The notes below the pieces were generated by a model, which was not told where the DNA came from, did not search any database, and saw only the letters and a program-made list of their open reading frames with translations. DNA of 64,000 nt, taken from contig DAIMKF010000008.1 in assembly GCA_036721855.1 (NCBI GenBank), forward strand, positions 4,003 through 68,002. Reading direction: 5' to 3'. Made by a program: the position numbers and the translations under genes. This document shows, in pieces, positions 38,533 through 48,099 of the stretch. The DNA comes from Bacillota bacterium (GTDB lineage Bacteria > Bacillota > DTU065). Positions within the stretch are counted from its first letter, which is position 1. Every line of letters starts with the position of its first letter.

Positions 38533-39031
38533 GTGAATCTTTACTAGATGGTACTAGACCGTTTTGGAGTAAAAAGAACAAAGTTGCGGTTATAATTGGG
38601 TAGTGAATAGCCCTAGAAGAGAGTCTGCCCGGCAGAAGTACAAGATAAGCTTTTCCTGTTATCATGCTTAGCCAGACTGTATTAAGTAAAACATGGCAAA
38701 GAAGTTCGGTTAGAGCAATGGTAAGGATTAAGTTTACCAATGAATGTTTCTTCTTTCTAAGCAAAAATCCCGGAAGAAAACCTACGAGTGCTGTTGTAAG
38801 AGTAAAGCCGGGGAAATAAGCACCACCCATAGGATTAATTAAAAAGCCAACTAAATCGGCAACAGCTCCAGTGGCTAGGCCATATAAAGGGCCTAGAGCA
38901 ATCCCGGATAACATAATGGGTATAGTTCCAAGTGAAATGCGAATTACACCAAGATTAATACCAAAAAATCTTGTGAGTACAACAGCTATGGCAGAAAGTA
39001 AACTTGCAGAGATGAGATTTCTTGTCTTCAA
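38516..39031 (-). CDS. ECF transporter S component (FolT-like)
   Basis: Six-TM pattern with a FolT-like N-terminal half. Probable TTG start at 39031 after AAGGGGTGA. 17-nt convergent overlap with trmL. Confidence 0.6.
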   Translation of the reverse strand: MKTRNLISASLLSAIAVVLTRFFGINLGVIRISLGTIPIMLSGIALGPLYGLATGAVADLVGFLINPMGGAYFPGFTLTTALVGFLPGFLLRKKKHSLVNLILTIALTELLCHVLLNTVWLSMITGKAYLVLLPGRLSSRAIHYPIITATLFFLLQNGLVPSSKDSLKEKV

Positions 39032-39279
39032 TGTAATCACCCCTTTTGACGAATCTGTTAAGCTCAATTATACCACAGGTCCAAACCTAAAAAATAGTTT
39101 AAATAAAAAGACTTTGTGGAAAGCCCAGCTAAAATGCGATTCTTGGTTGACTCAGAGCAGTTAAAAGTGATAAACTTATTCTGATATTTATGGTTTAAAG
39201 CCACACTGTGGGCTTTTTTTACTGTATTTCAACTGTATTTCATTTAGAAGTAATAAATTAAAAGACAGGAGAGTCGGCA

Positions 39280-40479
39280 ATGAATATACTGGTTATTAAC
39301 AGTGGCAGTTCGTCCTTAAAATATAAACTTTTTGATATGGACGAAGAAAAAGTTCTCGTAAGTGGTGTAGCAGAAAGAATTGGTGGGGAACACTCCTTTA
39401 TTAAACATGAAAACGATGAAAAGACCATTATTAATGTTGACTTACCTAATCATAAAGCAGCCTTGAAGGAAGTTCTAAATTTACTTATGGATACAAAACT
39501 GGGAGCTATTAAGAATCTCTCTGAAATAGATGCTGTGGGACATAGAATTCTGCACGGACAAGAAGCCTTTTCGGAATCTGTAATTTTGGATCAAGAGAAA
39601 GTAGAAACCCTCAAAGGTTTTATAGAAATGGGTCCTTTGCATATGCCAGCTAATATAGGAGGTATCGAAGCTTGTTTTAGCTTAATGCCGGATACTCCCC
39701 AGATTGGAGCTTTTGATACGGCGTTTCATGCTACAATCCCTGCTAAAGCTCATTTATATGCACTGCCTTACGAGTTATATGAAAAGTATAAGATTCGTCG
39801 CTATGGTTTTCATGGTACAAGCCATAAATATGTAGCCAATAAAGCTGCCAAATTTCTTAAAAAACCTCTTGAAAGTTTGAAAATGATTACTCTTCATCTT
39901 GGCAATGGCTCGTCGGTAGCCGCTGTTAAAGATGGGAAATGTATAGATACATCAATGGGCTTTACTCCCTTGGAAGGTCTTGTTATGGGGACACGTTGTG
40001 GTGATATGGATCCTGCCATTGTACCATTTATTGGTAAAAAACTTAACATGACACCTGATGAAGTCGATGAACTAATGAATAAACAAAGTGGTCTTAAAGG
40101 CTTTACAGGAATTTCTAACGATATGAGAGACATCCAGCAAGCCAAAAAAGAAGGAAACAAACTGGCTCAGCTGGTCTATGAGATGTTTATTTATAGAATT
40201 GTCAAGTATATTGGTGCCTATACAACTGCCTTAGGTGGTTTAGATGTAATGGTATTTACCGCTGGTATTGGTGAGAATGACTACCAAGCCAGAAAAGATA
40301 TTTGTGAGAAACTAGGTTTTATGGGTGTTAAGATCGACGAGAAACTGAATGACGGTTTAAGAGGTAAGGAGACTCGTCTTACAGCCGCAGATTCAAAGGT
40401 AGAAGTTTTATTAATACCAACTAACGAAGAATTATCTATTGCCCTAGATACCTATAGATTGGTCAATAACAAAAAATAA
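39280..40479 (+). CDS. ackA: acetate kinase
   Basis: ILVINSGSSSLKYKLF N-terminus, HRILHG, FHGTSH, GIGEN. Confidence 0.95.
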   Translation: MNILVINSGSSSLKYKLFDMDEEKVLVSGVAERIGGEHSFIKHENDEKTIINVDLPNHKAALKEVLNLLMDTKLGAIKNLSEIDAVGHRILHGQEAFSESVILDQEKVETLKGFIEMGPLHMPANIGGIEACFSLMPDTPQIGAFDTAFHATIPAKAHLYALPYELYEKYKIRRYGFHGTSHKYVANKAAKFLKKPLESLKMITLHLGNGSSVAAVKDGKCIDTSMGFTPLEGLVMGTRCGDMDPAIVPFIGKKLNMTPDEVDELMNKQSGLKGFTGISNDMRDIQQAKKEGNKLAQLVYEMFIYRIVKYIGAYTTALGGLDVMVFTAGIGENDYQARKDICEKLGFMGVKIDEKLNDGLRGKETRLTAADSKVEVLLIPTNEELSIALDTYRLVNNKK

Positions 40480-40497
40480 ACTAGGAGTGAGGAAACA

Positions 40498-41079
40498 TTG
40501 AACTCATTAAAGAGGCTTGTTTTAGAGTGCAGTAAAGAGCTTGTTTCTCTTTCACTTGTTAAAGCTACCTCAGGCAATGTTTCTCTGCGAGACAAAAACA
40601 GATTTTTTATTACACCATCCGGGTATCCTTTGCATAGTTTATCAGAAGATTTAATCGTCGAGATCAATTCTTCCGGGCAAGCTTTAGAAGAAAAAACCGG
40701 ACCTTTTGGATTATTAAAACCATCGATGGAGACTCAATTACACCTCGCTATATATAATGCACATCCTGAGGCTAAAGCTATTGTTCATGCCCATCCTCTT
40801 TATGCTACAATTATAGGAACATATATACCTCTAAAACCTTTGACTTATGAAGCAGCAGCTTTTATAGAACCCATTGACTATGTACCACCATTGCAGCCAG
40901 GGAGTAAGGAATTAGCAGCCTATGTTGGTAAGACAACTGCGTCAGTTATTGTCCTTAAAAACCATGGTGTGGTAGTGTGGGGAGACAATTCTAAGGAATG
41001 TATCTTCAAGATGCAGGTTATGGAAGAAAACGCAAAGCAGACTTATATTGCCAATACCATGGGTGTTCTGCCAAAGTGA
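40498..41079 (+). CDS. class II aldolase/adducin-domain protein
   Basis: SGNVSLR, ITPSG, PSMETQLH, VHAHP blocks. Confidence 0.8.
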   Translation: MNSLKRLVLECSKELVSLSLVKATSGNVSLRDKNRFFITPSGYPLHSLSEDLIVEINSSGQALEEKTGPFGLLKPSMETQLHLAIYNAHPEAKAIVHAHPLYATIIGTYIPLKPLTYEAAAFIEPIDYVPPLQPGSKELAAYVGKTTASVIVLKNHGVVVWGDNSKECIFKMQVMEENAKQTYIANTMGVLPK

Positions 41080-41127
41080 TAAGGTTATTTATTTTTCTTA
41101 ATATATAAAAAGGAGTAAGAAAAACTG

Positions 41128-41643
41128 ATGAAACGCTTAGCTTATCTTGGTCTTAGTGTCGCATTGGTTTGTATTGCCACTATGATAATTCAGGTACCAA
41201 TTCCGGCTACCAAAGGGTTTCTTAATTTAGGAGATAGTATTATTATGGTTTTGGCTGTTGTGTTTGGCGCAAGATTTGGAGGAATCTCAGGAGCAGTTGG
41301 CTCTGCTTTGGCAGATGTTTTATCTGGCTATGCCTATTGGGCACCGTGGACTTTTATTATTAAAGGCTTAGAAGGCTTGATTGTTGGACTTATTGTTTCA
41401 AAGTCATTTCAAAAGAAAACGGCCTTTAATTTTAGGACAACTATAGGAATTGGTGTAGGTTCAATGGTAATGGCTTTCGGCTATTTATTTGCGGGGGCAA
41501 TAATGTATGGCTGGGCAGCGTCCTGGACAGATATGCCAGCTAATCTGGTTCAAGGTATTGGCAGCGCAGTTATTTCCCTGCCGGTGCTGTATGCTTTAAG
41601 GAGAATGCCTTTTTTCAATAAGAGCTTTGAGACGAAAAACTAA
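41128..41643 (+). CDS. ECF-transporter S-component-like membrane protein
   Basis: 171 aa with 5-6 TM segments and a glycine-rich motif pattern. Substrate unknown. Confidence 0.45.
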   Translation: MKRLAYLGLSVALVCIATMIIQVPIPATKGFLNLGDSIIMVLAVVFGARFGGISGAVGSALADVLSGYAYWAPWTFIIKGLEGLIVGLIVSKSFQKKTAFNFRTTIGIGVGSMVMAFGYLFAGAIMYGWAASWTDMPANLVQGIGSAVISLPVLYALRRMPFFNKSFETKN

Positions 41644-41674
41644 ATGATAAATTAAGTAGAAAGAGGGGTAAAAA

Positions 41675-42721
41675 ATGCATCTGGTTAGCTTAATACCTGG
41701 AGATGGAATTGGTCCTGAGATAACAGAAGCAGTTAAGGAAATTATGGCCAGCGCTAAAGCGCCAATTAAATGGGAACCGGTACTTGCCGGGCAAACAGCT
41801 TTGGAAAATGAGGCTGATCTTTTACCCCTTAAAACATTACAATCTTTAACCAAGAACAAAGTAGCACTTAAGGGGCCTTTAACAACACCAATCGGGACAG
41901 GATTTCGCAGTGTCAATGTTTCGCTTAGACAAAAGTTCGATTTATATGCTTGTGTGCGTCCTTATAAATCTATGCCCGGTGTTTCTTCTCACTATAATAA
42001 TGTTGATATTGTTGTTATAAGAGAGAATACCGAGGATCTTTATAAAGGGATAGAATTTGCACCCGGTTCACCTGAAGTTGCTATGATAACCGAAATGAGT
42101 AGGGGAATGGTAGCTACCGATGCAGCAGTAGCTGTAAAAGCTATTAGTGGCAAAGCTTCAAGGCGTATTGCCAAGTATGCCTTTGAATATGCTAAGACTA
42201 CAGGACGGAAAAAAGTAACAGCTTCTGCGAAAGCGAATATTATGAAATTTACAGACGGACTTTTCTATAAGGCTGCAAAAGAGGTAGCTAAAGATTATAA
42301 GGAAATTGAATATAATGAAGTTTTGGTAGATGCACTATGCATGAAGCTTGTGCAAGATCCCAACCAATTTGATATCCTTTTGCTACCAAACCTTTATGGA
42401 GATATTGTCTCAGACCTAGTAGCTGGTCTAGTTGGCGGTCTTGGTATGGCTCCCGGAGCTAATATAGGTACTAAAATGGCGATCTTTGAAGCTACTCATG
42501 GTTCGGCACCTGATATTGCTGGCAAGGATCTGGCTAATCCTACAGGATTACTCCTATCAGCCATTATGATGCTAGACTATTTAGGGGAGAATGATATTGC
42601 CAGAAAGATTGAAAGGGCTGTTTATATAGTTTTAAAAGATGGTAAAGAAGTTACTAAAGATCTCAATCCCAGAGGTGTAGCGACATCCAAAATGACTAAG
42701 GCAATTATTAAAGCGCTTTAG
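41675..42721 (+). CDS. isocitrate/isopropylmalate dehydrogenase family enzyme (probably NAD-dependent isocitrate dehydrogenase)
   Basis: 348 aa. Blocks IPGDGIGPE, NLYGDIVSD, HGSAPDIAG. Confidence 0.8.
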   Translation: MHLVSLIPGDGIGPEITEAVKEIMASAKAPIKWEPVLAGQTALENEADLLPLKTLQSLTKNKVALKGPLTTPIGTGFRSVNVSLRQKFDLYACVRPYKSMPGVSSHYNNVDIVVIRENTEDLYKGIEFAPGSPEVAMITEMSRGMVATDAAVAVKAISGKASRRIAKYAFEYAKTTGRKKVTASAKANIMKFTDGLFYKAAKEVAKDYKEIEYNEVLVDALCMKLVQDPNQFDILLLPNLYGDIVSDLVAGLVGGLGMAPGANIGTKMAIFEATHGSAPDIAGKDLANPTGLLLSAIMMLDYLGENDIARKIERAVYIVLKDGKEVTKDLNPRGVATSKMTKAIIKAL

Positions 42722-42918
42722 TATCATGATTGATTTTAGCGTAGGCTCCAAAGAGGCTGCGCTAATTATTTGCAAAAAAGGCCTTAAAGTGCTTATAATA
42801 AAGGAAAAAGGACACTTTAAAATTAACAGCTTTATTTAAACCCAGTAGATATTTCTTGTAACGTATATCCTAAAAGCAGCTTGACTTTTTTGTTATGCTA
42901 TAAACGGAGGAATGTAAG

Positions 42919-44364
42919 ATGGTTGACTCCAGATCGGATTATTTGACTGCTTGCTGGCAAGAGAAAGTTCGGCAAGCAGCATCTCAGATGATAACATGCC
43001 GTGTGTTTACGGCATTTAACACTAATGTTGATGTAGTAGTCCATGTAAACAATGAAAACCTTAACTGTATTCTAGAGAAAAACCCGGCTCTTAAAAAGAA
43101 AAAGCTTACGAGAGACTTTACTCGTCAAGCTGATGTTATCGATACTCCTGAATCTTTTATAACTATGTTGCTAGGAGCCATGCAAAAAGGGAAGTCACTT
43201 TATGCACTGACTAACTGTAACGGATTTTTAATGTGGTTAGAAGAGTCATTTAGTGAGGCTAAGGAGATTCTAGGGGGACAGGCAGGAATTGTTGCCAACC
43301 AAATTAGTTCACTTAATGCTCAGGCTGTTGTCTATTCTCGTTTACTGTCACCAAAACAAGCAGCTCTTTTTAGAGATGATGTTTTAGCACCTAAGATAGA
43401 AAACAACCAGCTAATTTTAGATGCGGTTAAAAAGGTTTCAAGCCCTACCGATCAATGCAAAATAAACTGGATCTTTGAATATGCAAAAGGGATAACCATT
43501 AAATTTGGTGAGATAACAATTACCACCCCAAGAGCTAATAGAGTTATTTTAGCTACCAGACCAAAAAATGCTATTATGTCTTTTCCTGATGAAATGATGT
43601 CTTATCTGCCTCAGCTAGGTAAGCAAATCGATTTGGCCTTTATGGCAGGATATCATTATATTTCCGAGAATAACCCGGATGGAAGAAATTATCAGGAGTT
43701 CTTAGAAAAAGCCATAAAAGAGATCGAAGCTTTACGTGAAGAAAATCCCAAACTTGCTTTCCATTATGAATATGTACCTATGAAAGCGAGAAATCTAGAA
43801 GCAAAAACTTTAGCTTTAATTGGCGATGCAGTTGAAAGTTTTGGTATTAACGAGAATGAGATTAAACTTGTTTTAGATGATTTTAATTTCCTGGAAGAAA
43901 GAAAAGCTCTTGAAACTTCGGAAAGAGCCTATACACTTTACAAGGCAGCTTTGCCTATATTCAGAAAGATGAGCTTAAAAAGACTCCATGTTCATAATCT
44001 AGGTTACTATGTAGTTATTATCGCTAAATCGTACCATGTCTCTCCTGAAAGATGTCGAGAAGCTTGTCTGTATGCTTCTTGTGTAAATGCTCTTAAAGCT
44101 AAATATGGCGGTTATGTCTTGGCGGATAAGTTAAAAGAGGCCGGAAATTATCCTTTATCTAGCATTGGCTTTAAGCAGCTTAAGGGAATCAAGGAAGAAC
44201 TTAACCTAACCGATGATTTTTTATCTACCGGTATCTATGAAGGTGATGATCACTATCTTTTAGTGGTTCCTGCTCATGTAATTGCAAATCCAGTAAGTAC
44301 GGTAGGAATGGGGGATACAATTTCATCAACTTCGTTTGCTTTAGAGTATAGTGAAAAGAGGTAG
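42919..44364 (+). CDS. ADP-dependent sugar kinase family (ADP-GK/ADP-PFK type)
   Basis: 481 aa. AFNTNVDVVV near the N-terminus and the C-terminal VGMGDTISS motif typical of the ADP-dependent branch of the ribokinase superfamily. Confidence 0.65.
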   Translation: MVDSRSDYLTACWQEKVRQAASQMITCRVFTAFNTNVDVVVHVNNENLNCILEKNPALKKKKLTRDFTRQADVIDTPESFITMLLGAMQKGKSLYALTNCNGFLMWLEESFSEAKEILGGQAGIVANQISSLNAQAVVYSRLLSPKQAALFRDDVLAPKIENNQLILDAVKKVSSPTDQCKINWIFEYAKGITIKFGEITITTPRANRVILATRPKNAIMSFPDEMMSYLPQLGKQIDLAFMAGYHYISENNPDGRNYQEFLEKAIKEIEALREENPKLAFHYEYVPMKARNLEAKTLALIGDAVESFGINENEIKLVLDDFNFLEERKALETSERAYTLYKAALPIFRKMSLKRLHVHNLGYYVVIIAKSYHVSPERCREACLYASCVNALKAKYGGYVLADKLKEAGNYPLSSIGFKQLKGIKEELNLTDDFLSTGIYEGDDHYLLVVPAHVIANPVSTVGMGDTISSTSFALEYSEKR

Positions 44365-44400
44365 TATCCTTAGTTTATATAAGAAAGCGAGGTGGCTTTT

Positions 44401-44865
44401 ATGCGTGAAATAAAAAAAGTTGCTGTAAATCGCAAAGCTCGACATGAATACTTCATTGAAGATACTCTTGAAGCGGGTCTTGTTTTACAAGGCACAGAGG
44501 TTAAATCGTTACGACTTGGCCGCTGTAATATGCAGGATGCATATGCAGCTATCAAAAAAGGCGAAGTTTTTATCCATAATATGCATATTAGCCCCTATGA
44601 TCAAGGAAATATTTATAATCATGATCCTTTAAGACCTAAAAAGGTTTTATTAAATAAAAAACAGATTAGAACTTTAATCGGGAAGACACAACAAGAAGGT
44701 TATACTCTTATTCCTTTGGAGATCTATTTCAACGAAAGAAACTGGGCTAAAGTTATCTTGGCTCTTGCTAAAGGTAAGAAACTTTATGATAAAAGAGAGG
44801 ATATAGCCAAAAGAGATATTAAGCGACAAGCAGAACGTGTGGTTAAAGAGCGCAATGCATATTGA
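44401..44865 (+). CDS. smpB: SsrA-binding protein SmpB
   Basis: NRKARHEYFIED, LQGTEVKSLR, IPL blocks. ATG 44401 follows GAGGTG. Confidence 0.9.
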   Translation: MREIKKVAVNRKARHEYFIEDTLEAGLVLQGTEVKSLRLGRCNMQDAYAAIKKGEVFIHNMHISPYDQGNIYNHDPLRPKKVLLNKKQIRTLIGKTQQEGYTLIPLEIYFNERNWAKVILALAKGKKLYDKREDIAKRDIKRQAERVVKERNAY

Positions 44866-44900
44866 CATAAGTCGAGATAACCACTAGTATTATATTGCAG

Positions 44901-45262
44901 GGGGGCGATTTGGCTTCGACGGGAAGTTACGATGGTAGTCGCAGCGAGCCGAGTTTTCCGCAAGCTCGTTAAAAAGGCGGAAGCGTTTATAAACGCCGAT
45001 AATAATTTAGCTTACGCTGCTTAATTAAAAGCAGCTGTCCTTAGATAGTTTATCTGTGGCTATCTAAAGGGCATCAAATTAACAGGTTGCCGTTTAGCCA
45101 TTACCTGTGGGCGAAGACGAAAGATTTTTACAGGTGTAGTGACAAAGGAGCCTGTCTGGTGGCGTTCTTTGAAGCGAAAATAATTAAGTAGCCAGACTAT
45201 GCTCGTAGACGGGACTATGGTCGTCTTTTCGGACGTGGGTTCGACACCCACCGCCTCCACCA
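44901..45262 (+). ncRNA. ssrA: tmRNA (SsrA)
   Basis: The 5' GGGGGCG pairs with the 3' CGCCTCC (G3:U wobble), followed by ACCA. T-arm GGGTTCGACACCC. Tag reading frame 44995-45024 is GCC GAT AAT AAT TTA GCT TAC GCT GCT TAA = ADNNLAYAA*. Directly downstream of smpB. Confidence 0.9.
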
Positions 45263-45263
45263 T
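45250..45263 (+). repeat. direct repeat copy 1 (attL-like), ACCGCCTCCACCAT
   Basis: The 3' end of ssrA. An identical 14-mer is at 48025-48038. Confidence 0.6.
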
Positions 45264-45612
45264 TGAAATCCATAATTTTAAATGTTATATCAAGTCGATC
45301 TTCGTAAACCACAACCTTTTCTACATAGGTTTGGATAATGTTTTTCATCTTAAGCAAGTCCTTAGATTCTAGGGCTTGCTTATCTTTTTTTAGATAAACT
45401 TTCATCATATCCTCATTAAGCTCTATACGACTTTCCGAGGTGAGCTTATTCAGATCTTTTGTTAAAATTCCCTTTTGTTCCTCTAGTCCGGTTAAGGTTT
45501 CCTTCATAGATTCGGTATAGAGGCCGTCTTTTATTGCTTTGATTATTCGATCTATTTTTGTAGTAACTTCAACAAGCGTTTTTTCGGTTTTTTCTACTAT
45601 CGTTATTCCCTA
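45264..45612 (-). pseudogene. C-terminal remnant of a large serine recombinase
   Basis: The minus frame reads GITIVEKTEKTLVEVTTKIDRIIKAIKDGLYTESMKETLTGLEEQKGIL...YVEKVVVYEDRLDITFKI, a coiled-coil and C-terminal pattern typical of large serine recombinases. No catalytic N-terminal domain. The frame opens after a TAG and runs on into ssrA. Confidence 0.55.
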
Positions 45613-45676
45613 GATAATTTATTTTTCTGCGCAACGCGAAGTTTTTCAACTAATGTCGCTATGCCTGCATTGAATC

Positions 45677-46831
45677 CTATTTAGGATATTTTCTGTAAGG
45701 CATTCGTAACATATCTTGCTTTTTAACCCTAATACGATACGCCAGCCACAAATCAATTTTGTGAAATTCTTTTTTTCTAGTTAACTCTATATCAATTCCC
45801 ATTGCTTCTGTAGAGTACTCAAAGCCATTGTAATAGACAGAACCTATCATATGAAAAGGAAGAAGATCAAAATTGGCCATATCGAAACCTAAATCGGTAA
45901 TTATTTGGGCAACTTCTTCAGATGTAAGAGTAGGATCTACAGCTCTGATAAATATTTCTATTGCTGTTTTACAATTCTGAATCACCTTTTGATTATCACC
46001 ATAATGTGCTTCTAAAGAAATAATTGCGCTTTTTATTTGATTTGAAAATGAGTTTGATGTTAACTGAATATACAGATAATCGTAAGGCTCATTTGGCATT
46101 CTAAAGCCCCAGTAATTAGAAACTTGTTCTGGAAGTTTCCAGAGGATTAGATCGTTTCTATTCATTGCAACTGCAAATGCATTCCAAGTATCTTCAAAAG
46201 CTTCTTTATTTTCTAAACCACTGTCTGGAAGAAGGAAAGCGGATGCTTTTGTGATAGCTTTTTCGCGAATAGTATCTAATGTTTTTTGGTAATGATTATT
46301 AATAAAATCAATCAGTAAAAATACTTCATAGGGATGGTCAGTTTGCGAAGAAACTCCCAAATTAATAGAACCCCTGTTAATTGTGTAAGTTTCTTTGGCC
46401 ATAGCATTACCATACTTTTCGACAAGGAAAGGTTGTAGGTCAAGTAAGGCTTCCGCGTCTATGTATAGAGAAGATCTTCCTTGGGGTACATAGAAAACAT
46501 CGGGAGCGTCTTTTGCTGCAAAATCAGCGAGAATACGCTGTTCATACCCAGATATAAAACCAGTTTTAAATTGCATGTCTTCGTATGAAGTTGGGCTAAT
46601 TTCTAAAACAACTTCGACCTCTGGATACATCTCCTCGAACTCATACTTGATCTCTTTCATGTACTCCTCTTCCAAGTAACCTCCGTAGCCACTCAACCTG
46701 AGATTGATTTTATCATCGCTCACACTGGGCTTACTTGCCAAAAATGAAGTTGGCAAGAATGACTTCACAATCAAAACACCAGCTAGCAAAATGAGAACAA
46801 TAAATATCACAAAAGTTCCGCGATCTTTCAA
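45677..46831 (-). CDS. membrane-anchored hypothetical protein with a partial solute-binding-protein-like N-terminal lobe
   Basis: N-terminal TM helix. The block FEEMYPEVEV...FAAKDAPDVFYV resembles lobe I of family-1 SBPs. The remaining 230 aa or so are unrecognised. Confidence 0.45.
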   Translation of the reverse strand: MKDRGTFVIFIVLILLAGVLIVKSFLPTSFLASKPSVSDDKINLRLSGYGGYLEEEYMKEIKYEFEEMYPEVEVVLEISPTSYEDMQFKTGFISGYEQRILADFAAKDAPDVFYVPQGRSSLYIDAEALLDLQPFLVEKYGNAMAKETYTINRGSINLGVSSQTDHPYEVFLLIDFINNHYQKTLDTIREKAITKASAFLLPDSGLENKEAFEDTWNAFAVAMNRNDLILWKLPEQVSNYWGFRMPNEPYDYLYIQLTSNSFSNQIKSAIISLEAHYGDNQKVIQNCKTAIEIFIRAVDPTLTSEEVAQIITDLGFDMANFDLLPFHMIGSVYYNGFEYSTEAMGIDIELTRKKEFHKIDLWLAYRIRVKKQDMLRMPYRKYPK

Positions 46832-46844
46832 TTTAGAACCTCCT

Positions 46845-47384
46845 TCATTGTTCTAGAGTTTTCATCTTTTTCCGTTGCCATGCTGGCATATTTAGCCACC
46901 CTTGCTGGTATTCCCAAGCAATATTTTCGATTAAATCGATAGCTTGGGAACGATTTTTACTTAACTTATTTACACCAAAGCTAAGATAGGCATTTATTTT
47001 TACAATGGTACTTTCATCGATATAAGAGGCTATTACTGTTTCTTCTTCCAATTGTCGAGCTGGATTTGAGACTAACATAATCACATCATATCTTTCAGGG
47101 GAGCTCTGTAACTTCTGTAACATCTTAGGGATGGCTGTCAACATATTTCCACTGTGCTTGTTTGCATAATAAATTTTGACCACGAAACCTGAAGATGCCT
47201 TGTAATCCTTAACGAAAGCTCTGAGGGGTTCTTCTAGCATAATTTCAGGATAAAAAATACATGCTATTTGCTCGCTGGTATTTTGAAAGGACTTCCAACT
47301 TGGAAATATCTTCCAACCAAGAAATATAATTGTTAAGAGCAATCCCCCAAGCAAAAAGAGCAAAAAACGTTTTTTCATAGACAT
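46845..47384 (-). CDS. membrane-anchored hypothetical protein
   Basis: 179 aa with an N-terminal TM helix and AAAGGAGGAAAA RBS. 13 nt upstream of the next gene. Confidence 0.45.
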   Translation of the reverse strand: MSMKKRFLLFLLGGLLLTIIFLGWKIFPSWKSFQNTSEQIACIFYPEIMLEEPLRAFVKDYKASSGFVVKIYYANKHSGNMLTAIPKMLQKLQSSPERYDVIMLVSNPARQLEEETVIASYIDESTIVKINAYLSFGVNKLSKNRSQAIDLIENIAWEYQQGWLNMPAWQRKKMKTLEQ

Positions 47385-47497
47385 TTTCCTCCTTTAACTT
47401 AGGTTAATCGTTCTTCTTCGTTGTAAGAACACCTTCTTATATTCAAGTCATAGACAGGAAGCTCTTACCTTCCTGTCTTTGAACGACCCTATTCTAC

Positions 47498-47791
47498 TCA
47501 ATATAAGTGGTAACTCCAACCTTGAGGTTCTATATATACAGAGTCTTTATTTATTGATACTTCGACTATTTCGTCGTTTGGTTCTGAGGCTTCAGTGAAG
47601 TAAAGAACAAACTTTGGTTCTCTGATCTGATGCATTAAACTGAATAAACCAAATAAAGCTGCTAGGATTGCTGCTGCCGCTGTAAGAGATTCATACCAAG
47701 TTAGGACACCAAAGCAGGTAGCTAGAAACGCTAACAAGGGCACAAATACTAAAACCAACCATAACGGACACTTCGATTTAGAAAACCGCAA
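47498..47791 (-). CDS. hypothetical two-TM membrane protein
   Basis: 97-aa ORF with a TTG start. Followed by a 10-bp hairpin (AGACAGGAAG/CTTCCTGTCT). Confidence 0.35.
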   Translation of the reverse strand: MRFSKSKCPLWLVLVFVPLLAFLATCFGVLTWYESLTAAAAILAALFGLFSLMHQIREPKFVLYFTEASEPNDEIVEVSINKDSVYIEPQGWSYHLY

Positions 47792-48024
47792 TCGCGTTTA
47801 GCTTCACTCCTATATAAACATTTTGTGCTTTTTCCCGCGTTACAAGGTGGTCTGTTTCGTTGTTGCGCTCTGTTTTCATAGAATGCTTTCTTGGGAAATC
47901 ATGTATAATCATTAGTTCCTTTGATTTTGGTGCTTGTCCTTCTTTTATTCAGTCTTAAAGAACCTAATCGTCCCTAAGAGTGCCTTATCATACTTATGTC
48001 TATTGTGGATTTGATATAGTACGT

Positions 48025-48038
48025 ACCGCCTCCACCAT
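48025..48038 (+). repeat. direct repeat copy 2 (attR-like), ACCGCCTCCACCAT
   Basis: Identical to 45250-45263. Confidence 0.6.
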
Positions 48039-48067
48039 AAAAGAACTTAAATATTGATACAATAGAA

Positions 48068-48099
48068 ACTCCTTGATTTCAAGGGGTTTTGTTGTTTTT
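48068..48099 (+). terminator. intrinsic terminator (probable original ssrA terminator)
   Basis: ACTCCTTG-attt-CAAGGGGT followed by TTTTGTTGTTTTT, 30 nt after the second repeat copy. Confidence 0.65.

Larger units (their letters stand above)
45264..48038. mobile_element. degenerate integrated islet in the ssrA 3' end
   Basis: Bounded by the 14-nt direct repeat. A hairpin plus T-run terminator appears only after the second copy. Contains a recombinase stump and unknown cargo. Confidence 0.5.

Noticed and set aside
39032-39200. THF riboswitch upstream of the FolT-like gene
   Set aside because: An extended -10 promoter (TGGTATAAT, 39075-39067 on the minus strand) leaves a leader of only about 35 nt. 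The conserved THF-I blocks (CGCGUUAAG, CGAAGC, GAGCGCG) are absent further upstream.
45060-45263. 67-aa minus-strand ORF
   Set aside because: It lies entirely antisense to the tmRNA gene.
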